Below, one piece after another: positions 47,934-58,500 of a DNA stretch of 64,000 nucleotides. Made by a program: the position numbers and the translations under genes. Under the pieces are notes generated by a model, which saw only the letters and a program-made list of their open reading frames with translations, did not search any database and had not been told where the DNA came from. This DNA is from Ancylomarina sp. (GTDB lineage: Bacteria; Bacteroidota; Bacteroidia; Bacteroidales; Marinifilaceae), in assembly GCA_048268005.1 (NCBI GenBank), contig JBLWWJ010000003.1, positions 383,502 to 447,501 on the forward strand, in the 5' to 3' direction. Each line of letters starts with the position of its first letter. Positions within the stretch are counted from its first letter, which is position 1.

Positions 47934-47963
47934 AAAAAAAGTCGGTTCTATGTAGAACCGACT
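47934..47963 (-). terminator. Intrinsic terminator after asnS
   Basis: gtcggttcta-tg-tagaaccgac hairpin plus a 7-nt U-run on the minus strand. Confidence 0.85.
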
Positions 47964-47987
47964 TGAATATATACTTATGCTTTATTT

Positions 47988-49433
47988 TTAAAATTCAGCA
48001 TTTTTAGGTGTACGTGGGAATGGAATCACGTCACGAATATTACCCATACCCGTTACGAATAGCATCATACGCTCGAAACCTAGTCCGAAACCAGAGTGTG
48101 TTGCCGTTCCAAAACGACGGGTATCTAAATACCAATCCATTTCTTCAGCTGGAACACCCATTTCTTTCATACGAGTCGTTAGTTTATCGTAATCTTCTTC
48201 ACGCTGAGATCCACCAACAATTTCACCAATTCCAGGGAATAGAATATCCATAGCTGCTACGGTTTTTCCATCATCATTCTGTTTCATGTAGAATGATTTG
48301 ATCTCCTTTGGATAGTCAATCAGGATAACTGGTTTTTTAAACTTCTTCTCAACCAAGAAACGCTCATGCTCCGACTGAAGATCAGCTCCCCAACCATCAA
48401 TTAGATACTGGAATTTCTTTTTCTTATTTGGCTTCGAGTTACGAAGAATATCAATCGCTTCAGTGTATGTCAAACGAACAAAATCATTATCCAATACAAA
48501 ACGCAACTTCTCGATCAACTCCATTGATCTATCTTCAGCTTTCTTGCCTTTTTCTTCTTCCTGTAAACGCTTACTCAAGAACTCAAGATCTTCCATGCAG
48601 TTATCCAAAGCATACTTAATCATATACTTTAGGAACTCTTCTGCTAAGTCCATATTATCCTTAATATCGTAGAAAGCCATCTCTGGCTCAATCATCCAGA
48701 ACTCAGCAAGGTGGCGTGTTGTATTTGAATTCTCAGCACGGAAAGTAGGACCAAAAGTGTAAATCTCACCTAAAGACATAGCACCCAACTCACCTTCAAG
48801 CTGACCTGATACGGTTAGGTTAGTTTCCTTACCAAAGAAATCTTCTTTATAATTAATGCTTCCATCCTCGTTTAAAGGTGGGTTCTTAGCATCAAGAGTT
48901 GATACTCTAAACATTTCACCTGCACCCTCGGCATCAGAGCCAGTGATTAGAGGTGTATGCATATAGTAGAATCCCTTCTTGTTAAAAAACTCGTGCACGG
49001 CAAAAGCCATGGCATGACGAATACGGAATACCGCAGAAAAAGTATTGGTACGGAAACGTAAGTGAGCCTTCTCTCTTAAAAACTCCAAAGAGTGCTTCTT
49101 AGGCTGCAATGGGTACTTCTCAGGATCGGCTGTACCTAAAACTTCAATTTCAGTTGCCTCTAATTCTACAGATTGTCCACTACCTGTCGATTCAATTAAT
49201 TTACCATTAACCGAAATAGCAGCTCCCGTTGTAATCTTTTTCAACAAGTCCTCATTAAAATTAGGAACATCAACAACGATCTGAATATTATTAATAGTAG
49301 AACCATCATTTAAAGCAACAAAATTAATTTGCTTATTACCACGTTTGGTTCTTACCCATCCTTTCACATTTACTTCACTGCCGTACTCTTTCGAAACTAA
49401 CAGATCTTTGATCTTAATTCTTTTCTGTTCCAT
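47988..49433 (-). CDS. asnS: Asparagine--tRNA ligase
   Basis: N-terminal OB fold and class IIb motifs, including [24 protein letters not shown] and [12 protein letters not shown]. Confidence 0.97.
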   Translation of the reverse strand: MEQKRIKIKDLLVSKEYGSEVNVKGWVRTKRGNKQINFVALNDGSTINNIQIVVDVPNFNEDLLKKITTGAAISVNGKLIESTGSGQSVELEATEIEVLGTADPEKYPLQPKKHSLEFLREKAHLRFRTNTFSAVFRIRHAMAFAVHEFFNKKGFYYMHTPLITGSDAEGAGEMFRVSTLDAKNPPLNEDGSINYKEDFFGKETNLTVSGQLEGELGAMSLGEIYTFGPTFRAENSNTTRHLAEFWMIEPEMAFYDIKDNMDLAEEFLKYMIKYALDNCMEDLEFLSKRLQEEEKGKKAEDRSMELIEKLRFVLDNDFVRLTYTEAIDILRNSKPNKKKKFQYLIDGWGADLQSEHERFLVEKKFKKPVILIDYPKEIKSFYMKQNDDGKTVAAMDILFPGIGEIVGGSQREEDYDKLTTRMKEMGVPAEEMDWYLDTRRFGTATHSGFGLGFERMMLFVTGMGNIRDVIPFPRTPKNAEF

Positions 49434-49537
49434 TTTTATTCTGACTTAATGAGATTATACCTGCCGGCTTTAAAAAGAAAACCGACAACAAGGCTACAAA
49501 AATATAAAAATGCATCCAATTTATGGATGATAATGCT

Positions 49538-49573
49538 AAAATAAAAGAGTCTAAAGCAATGCTTTAGACTCTT
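49538..49573 (-). terminator. Intrinsic terminator after the giant surface-protein gene
   Basis: agagtctaaagc...gctttagactct hairpin followed by tttatttt on the minus strand. Confidence 0.8.
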
Positions 49574-49592
49574 AGATTCGAAAATTTACAAT

Positions 49593-52500
49593 TTATTCAA
49601 CAATTAGGCGACCTCTATACAAGTTTTCACCTCGAATTTCAATGATATATTGCCCTGAAGCCAAATCACCTCGTTTTAATTCAAAACGATTACTATTAAT
49701 ATCATTCTCAATTAAAACCAAACGTCCATTCACATCGTAAACAGATAGACAATACGGACTGAAATTTGGATTATCAAACTCAATTCTAGATTTGATTTTC
49801 ATCGGATTGGGAAAAACAGTTAACTTTTTCACATTTGAATCAGGATCATCAATCCCTGTTATAGTTGACTTTGTAGTCAAATAATTCGAACGGGATACAC
49901 CATAATCACTATTATATGATTTTAATTGTGAAATATCACAGGTATACTCATTTTCTACCTCAAGTACATAGTAGAAATTCTCTACATTAGGAGGATTATT
50001 ATCGATATACTTAGATTCCGTATTTGATATTGATTCTATTTTCACCATCTCATCTACCGAAGTACCGCGGTAAATATTGTAGGTATTAAACTCAAATCCT
50101 TCGTACTTGTTCCAAATTAAATTAATCTCACCATTTATACCTTGATTAGCCTGTAAAAGCATCGTATGATGAACATCGCTTATTTGAGATTCAACACCAC
50201 AAACATCGGTAATGGAAATGGCGTAAGTATGAGAACGAGCAGATGGATTTGACTCCTCGTCAACAATTACACTTGTTTCTTCAATAGGAACATTCTTAAC
50301 CAGCTCCATAGATGAAACTGAATTGGCTTCCTTATAGATATTATAAGAAACAATGCCAAGGTCTTTTTGGCGTTCCCAAACAATCTCGTTTTTGTTATCG
50401 CTATTTACCGTCACTAGACAAAGTTGTTGATGCTGGTAAGTATTGAGAGTTTGTAAGTCAAATGTAGCTGTGGCCGAACACAAATTTTCATCATAAGCAC
50501 GAACAAAAAATTCTCCTGGATGTTCAGGATTAACGGAATTTCCGCCTTCTCCTGTAGACCATAGATAAGTATTGAAACCTTCGGTCGCTAAAAGTTCCGA
50601 CTTTTCTGGACAAAAATATTCACCGTGACTGGATGTGATTTCAACTGTTTGTGGCGTGTTCTTCTCAAGAATCGTTGCACTCGTTTCAGCTGTACAATCC
50701 ATAGCATCACTCACAACAACAGAGTATTCTCCTGCTCCGATTTTATATAAGCGATTACTGGTTGACTTTTCCTCGTCACTCCATAAATAAGTGTAAGGAA
50801 TTGTTCCTCCTGTAATTATTAAATCAATACCACCAGTATTTTCACCATCACATGAATTAAATATTTGTGATTTAACAGTAAACTCTTCAGGAGCATCAAG
50901 CTTGATACTGTCAATAGCTGTACAATTATTTGCATCGGTTACAGTAACATGGTAATATTTACCACCTACTAGCGTAGAAATAGTTGAATCACTAGTTTGT
51001 AGGTTGTCATCCCACTTAAATGCGAATGGTGCTTTTCCTCCAATAGGAGTAATTGTAGCTGAACCATCGTTTAAGCCGTAACACGAAACATTGCTCCAGT
51101 CGGTAAACTTAAGGTGAGGATCGTGTCCTACACTTACACTTGCAGTAGCAGTACAGTTGTTGGCATCTGTTAAAGTAACGGTATACTCAGCATCTTCGCT
51201 TAACCCTTCAACTCTTGCTGTAGTACTCGTACTGTTATCATCCCAAATAAAGGAATATGGTGCTGTACCTCCAGTTGGAATACAAAGTGCTGCCCCATCG
51301 GTTCTACCATTACAAGTCGTATTGAAACCTTCCACATTAGCACGTAATGGAACAGGATCAGTAATTACAACTTCTCTATCAGCAATTAACTCACCATTTG
51401 TATTGGTAACAATTAGATGATAAATTCCAGCTTTTAGGTTATCGAAAATATTATTATCCTGGAAAGATTCACCGTTATTTATTGAATATTGATACGGTGC
51501 AGTATCACCTGTTGTCGTAATGCTTAGGGAACGATTACCTTCACCAGAACAACCGCCATTATTAACAGCAACTAAAACTTCTTCATCAATACATTTTGTG
51601 TATCTGATAAGTCCTTTTATTCCTCCATACCAAATACGACCTTTCGCATCATCTTGAATACTTGTAATTGAATTGCCTTTAAAACCAGGTTCTTCAGAAT
51701 ATGAGACCCAATCGGTACCATTGAATTTTAGCATACCAGTATTACCGTAACCATCCCAATAGTTTTCGAAATAGCTAATCCAGATATTGCCATCAGCATC
51801 TTCCCCTATAGTATTAATTACTTGATTTGGATCTATACCATGTTGTTCTAGCTTGTAATAGGTCCACTCTTCGTTTTCGAGAATAGCATAGTGTGAATTG
51901 CTCGAGACCCAAATTCTATTTTTACTGTCAACAAAAATGTTATTCAAAGAATAGAAATCGTTACCCATATTCTCTTCAATAGTGTAGTGCGTGATATTAC
52001 TACCATCAAACTTCGAAATTGTTTTCTGATACTCGTTTTCATACTTAATCCAGATGTTACCTTGCGAATCGGCATCAATTGCCGAAATAGCGTTGGTTTT
52101 AAGGCCGTCCTCAGTCGAATAATTAATAATCTCATTACCCTTCATGCGAGTTAAACCTTCCTCATTGTAAATCATCCAAACGTAATCGTTGACATCGATA
52201 CTTAGTTTTTTAATCCAGTTAGATTTAAGACCATTAGCTATATCGTATTTGTCGAAAGTAGTACCATTATATTTGTAAACACCCTGGTCGGACGCTACCC
52301 ATACTTTAAGTTCTGAATCGGTATCTAAGTCATTTACTGAACCTTGGAAACCATCTTCATAATTGAATATTTTCCAGTTGTTCCCATCGAACTTTTTAAG
52401 GCTATTTTCCCAATTGGAACTACCTACCCACAAGTTCTTTTCTGCATCTAGCGACATACACTGAACACTTGCATTTGAACCATTTGCTTTGTGTAGTGTT

Positions 52501-55500
52501 GTCCATTGTTCATTAAAGTATTTACTAATACCATTATCGCCGTTTGAGAAACCTACCCAAATAGCACCAAATGCATCTTCACCAATAGCAGATACGTAAT
52601 TTGATGGTAGATCAACATCTTTAATATGAGATTGCCAAACACCTTCGGAGTAATGAAGCAAACCTTCGTGAGTTCCTACCCAAACGTCACCTTCTGTATC
52701 GCAGAAAATATCCGAAATATATGTACTAGGTACGTTTAAGCCAGTTTCAACTCGATTCCAGTTATCACCATCAAAATTAATTATTCCTGACTGACCTTCT
52801 CCAGTCCACGATGAACTCATCCAGATATCACCATTGATATCTTGAGTAATGTTTCTAACACCGCCAAGGCTTATGTTATTTTCATATTGGAAATTTTCCC
52901 AATCTTCACCTTGGGTTTTGCTTAAAATTTTATAACGCGAAACGCCAGAATTAGTACTTACCCAAACATAATCATCCTTATCTACAAATATGGATGAGCA
53001 ATGATCGTCACTTAATCCATCCTGATGTGTGAAGTTTGAGAATTTCTCACCATCAAATCGACTCACACCTTTATCGGTTGCAATCCATAGGTTACCATAG
53101 CTATCTTCAGCTATGCCCATAACATTGTTTCCTGCCAAGCCATCGGTTTCTTTGTATGGGTGCCACGATCTGCCATCGAACATATTTAGTCCTTTATTGT
53201 CGTAGTCGGCACCTAGCCAAATATTGCCATTTTTGTCTTTATGGATGGCGCTATAGCTAAAATTAGCGTTTATAATGTCCCAGTCTTTACCATTGTATGA
53301 TGTGAGCTCGTTTCCGGTAGAAAACCAAATGGTACCTTCAAAATCGGTTTCAATGGCTCTAATGTCTGTGCTATTCAGTTTAATTTCTCCATCTACCGCT
53401 GAGAACCCACATAGGTTTTCTTCTAGTAGAGGAAGAACTTTTAAAACAACTGAAGTCTGAGTCATACAAGCCTTATTATCGACAACGTTAATTTTATATA
53501 GCTTGTCGGCTTCGAGATTATTAACGTAAGGCGTTGTTTTCTCTATACCTTCCCAATAAAAAGAATATGGAGCATTACCACCAGTGGCCTGAATTGTGGC
53601 ATCACCATCAGCTAAACCTTGTCGTGATATGTTTGTACTGTCAATTACCAGAGCGATTAATTCATCAGGTTGAGTCACCCATGCGCTGTCTTTGTATACT
53701 TTACCATCAGTATCAGTTACTAAAACGTGATACACTCTATCAGCCTCACTCACCAAAACTTTAGAATCTTGAGTGGCATTCTCGTCATCCCAAAGATAAG
53801 TGAATGGTGCTTTCCCTGATAACATCTCGATTTCGATAGAACCATCATTACCACCATTACAAGAAATAGCACGAACAATTTTTCTAGAAATGGATTCATT
53901 TTCAAAAGCACCTAAATCGACTGGAGAACCTGTAGGAATAGATCTAGCTAAACCACCGAAATCGGTAGTTGGCATATGGTAATCTGTATCAAATACATTG
54001 ATTGATGCAATACCAGCGCCAACAGAAGGAGATATATCCAACAGGTGAAAATCACCATTTTCAGCATCTACAAAATATTCATCCCTATTAAAGTTTGAAT
54101 CTCCATAAGTGAAATTCTGTAGGTTACTTTCTTCACCAACAATACCTTTTTGTCCATTCTTAATATTCGAGTGATGAATTTCTATGCTTTTGCCATAACC
54201 ATCCATACTTGTTTCATAAGAAATTTCCTGAGATGAATTGTTTCGTAATATTGAATTCAACACCAATAATTTGCTATCACCATAACTCATTCGAACAGCT
54301 TGGTTGTTATTCACCACCGTTGAATTGATCAAAGCTACTTTAGCATTATTCTCCAGGTTTATTACTTCTGTCAAAATACCTGAAGCAACCAAGTTTTTAA
54401 ATGAGTAATTTCCTTGATTGATTCTTACCCCCTGTTGTCCACCTTTTAATTCAAGATTACTAAATACTACCTGAGTAGTTCCTTCCCAGTTACCTTGGGC
54501 AACAATAGCTGTTTGTCCAAAATTTTCAAAAGATAGGTGACCAAACTCTACATTACTGTATTGGTTCAAATAAACAGAACAATAGGAGTTTGACTTACCT
54601 TTAAAAGTAATGTTATCAATCACTGATCCATTATAAATATTTTGAATGCTTAAAGCGTCACCTTCATCTGTAGCAATATTATTCTCAAATTGAACATTAG
54701 TAACAGAAGCCTCAGAATCAGAAATAAACATTCCACCACCCCTACGTGCACGATTGTTTTTAACAATTAAATGATTTAAAGTTGGGTTCGAATTCCGAAT
54801 CGTAATTCCACCTCCATTATCGTATTCGTTCATCTCTGAACGACCATTCTGAATGGTTAATCCAATCAGTTTGGCATTTCGAGATTCTCCATTTAGGAAC
54901 ACTATAACGCTTCCTTTTTCACTACCATCCAATACTGTTTGAGAAATAAAACTTTTATCTTTATCTAAAATGTATCTGGAAGCCAGTGTTACGTTCTTAC
55001 CATTGAAACGGATATTTTCAGTATAAATACCGGGTTCAACAATAATGGTATCCAAGTCACAAGCACGATCAATCGCTGTTTGAATTAGTGACAGTGGCAA
55101 TTCTTCTGAACCGATATTTTCATCATCCCCTTCAGTAGAAACAAAATAATACTGCCCTTCACGAGAAAGGATTTCAATCTCCTCAACTAGTTCGCAATTA
55201 GAATCAGAAATAGTCAAAAAGTACTTTCCTGCTTTTAATCCGTTAAAAGTAGAATATGCATTAATTATATCCGCATTTTCAGCTTCAGGCCAGGCTTCAA
55301 CAGTTCTATTCTCATTATAGTCTGTACTGCTCAATCTGAGTTGATATGAAGAGTTTCCCATCATTTCATTTTGTACAGGTTTTCCGCCAGATATTTTCAC
55401 CTCTATTCGTCCAGAGATATCATTTACGGCTTCACATACATGTTTTATACTTGACGTAAATAGTAAAGGATCTTTAACCTCAATAGAACTCGAAATAATT

Positions 55501-58500
55501 GTTCCTTCAGTATCTGTTACGCTAACATTATATGTGCCTTCCTTCACATTAAACAGGTTCTGATCTGTTGAAGTAAACTCATCAGGACCAGTCCAAAGAA
55601 TACTCTTTACTTCTTTGTTGAAAACCTCCAAGGTGATATCTCCACCACATTCAGAAAGTTGGATGTTTAAATCTCCAACCGATTTTTCGTGTTCAATAGC
55701 TCCCAGGTCGGGTTTAGAATCGACAGGATTTGGTCTTGCTGTTCCATAAAGATCAGTTAGAGGAGTTAAATAAGTTACTCCATCAATTACAAATTCACTT
55801 ATTCCCGCACCAATGGCTGGTGAAGTTGAAACCAATCCGAAATCATTATTCGTACTATCAATAAATTCAATTGCATTTTCAAGATTACCTTCACCCCAAG
55901 TAATATCTAACTCCTCTGAATTAGATATACCATCATAAACAATTCCATCTAATCCTTTTTCTATCACAGAATAGTTGATACTAATCATGCGATCATAGTC
56001 CTGAGAATATGACGGAACAATTTGCTGATACTTATTTCCAGAAATAATGGTATTAAAAATATTGATATGGTTTTCTTGATATCCTTGATATATACCTGTT
56101 TGATTGTTAGCAATGGTACCATTTATAATATCTAAAGTTCCTTTCTCAATTTGAATCCCATAAGATTGATTTTTTATAATTAGTGGGTTTTCAAGAGTAA
56201 CTCTTGAATTTTGGGTCTCGTTACTGTAGATGTAAAGACCAGTTCCCTTATTCCCGATCAGCTGCAAATTAGAAATTAGCAAATCATTTTGAGCACTAAC
56301 TCTAAATGCATAATTCCCTTCATTATTTCTAATGATAATGTTATTTACTCCTGCAGATGAAACATTCTCCAGATAGAGTCCACTTCCCTCTTCATTTGCT
56401 TTATTGGATTCAATCGTAAGATTTTCCATGAAACATTCAGCAGAATTACAATAGATAGCACCACCTCGTCTGGCCTCATTATTCTTCAAAATCAAATCAC
56501 GTAATTGAAATTGACTTCCATTCCAATAGGACAAATTGATTCCTCCTCCAGATCCGTTATAATCCATGGAGGTTGATTTTCCATTTATAACAGTAAATCC
56601 AATAAAACCGGAAGCATCAATTTCTTTTTCCGAATCCTGTCCCGCGTATGCTGCTTCATCAAAATTGATATTTACAACAGAAGCTTTCTCCTGCCCATCA
56701 ATAATAGTGTTTGCTATATGATCATGGTTTCCATCCAAAAGAAATTGAGATCCTATTACAATTCTCTTGTTTATTGATAAATTTTCTAAATAAGTACCGT
56801 CCTTTACGATAATGGTATCCAAATCACAGGCATGATTAATTGCCGTCTGGATAGTTGCTAAAGGAGATTCCTCAGTTCCCAGATTCTCATCATCACCTTC
56901 AAGAGAAACAAAATGAAATCTAGTTTCTTTTGATAAAACTTCAATCTCTTCAACGAGCTCACAAGATGAGTCAGCTATCTTCAATATATACTTTCCGGCC
57001 TTTAAATTACCAAAGCTTGCATTCCCCAAACTCATCTCCCCATTTTCTGTATTGGGATAAATAGTAACCGTTCTTTGCTCGGAATAATCAATTCCACTAA
57101 GGTTCACTTGGTATTGTGATTCATAATCATAGTTCCTAGGTTTTCCACCTGCAACTTGAATTTCAAGCCTTCCGTTAGCTTCGCTGACTGCAGCACATAC
57201 ATGCTTGATATCTGAAGTAAATCGCAAAGGATCTTTCACCTCAATGGATGAAGTCACTGTAGTACCATCTGTGTCAGTTACGCTTACATTATAAACACCT
57301 TCTTTAACACTTACCAAATTCTGCTCTGATGAAGTAAACTCATAAGGACCAATCCAAAGAATACTCTTTACTTCTTTGTTAAAAATTTCAAGAGTAATAT
57401 CACCGCCACATTCTGCAAGTTGGATATTTAAATCTCCGACCCCCTGTTCATGTTCAATGGCACCCATATCCGGTTTTGAACCAGCAGGATTTGGTCTTAC
57501 TGTTCCAAAAAGATCTTTTTCTGGAGTTGAATAAGTTATACCATCAATAATCAGTTCATTGATCCCGGCTCCAATAGCGGGAGAAGTCGCAACTAAACTG
57601 AAATTATTCTGAGTCGTATCCACAAACTGTATGGCAGTTTCAAGATTACCTTCACCCCAATTAACTTCGGCACTACTCTGGCTATTACCGGCATCCATTG
57701 TTTGAATCCCCTCGAGCCCTTTCTCTAAAGCAGAATAATTTACATTTAAAGAGTGATCGTAGTCCTGAGAATAAGATGGTGCGATTTGCTGATATTTATT
57801 TCCAGAGATAATGGTATTAGAAATATTGATATGGTTCTCTTGATATCCCTGATATATACCATATTGATTATTAGCAATCGTACCATTAATAATATCTAAA
57901 GTACCTCTCTCAACTTGAATACCATAAGATTGATTTTTTACAATTAATGGATTTTCAAGAGTAACTCTTGAATTTTGTGTCTCATTACTGTAGATGTAAA
58001 GACCAGTTCCCTGATTCCCGACTAGCTGCAAATTAGAAATTAGTAAATCACTTTGAACATTAACTCTAAAAGCATTATTTCCTTCATTATTTCTAATGGT
58101 AATACTATTCACATGAGCAGATGAAACATTCTCCAAGTAGACACCACTTCCCTCTTCATTAGCTTTATTGGATTCAATAGTCAAATCTTGCATTAAGCAA
58201 GCAGAATAGTATGCACTGATACCACCACCACGTCGAGCCTCATTGTTTTTAACTATAAGATTCTTTAACTCGAATTTCGTTCCAGCCCAATAGTACAGAT
58301 TGATACCTCCACCTGTTTCATTTTCGTTGTATGAGGTAGACTTACCATTTTGTATAGTAAACCCTATCAAGCCGGATGAATATTCCATTCCATATGCCAA
58401 TCCTGTTGAAACTTTAACTGCTGTTTCCAACTGCTGTCCATCAATTATGGTTTTGGTAATATGATCTTTATTACCATCCAACAGAAATTCAGATCCGAGT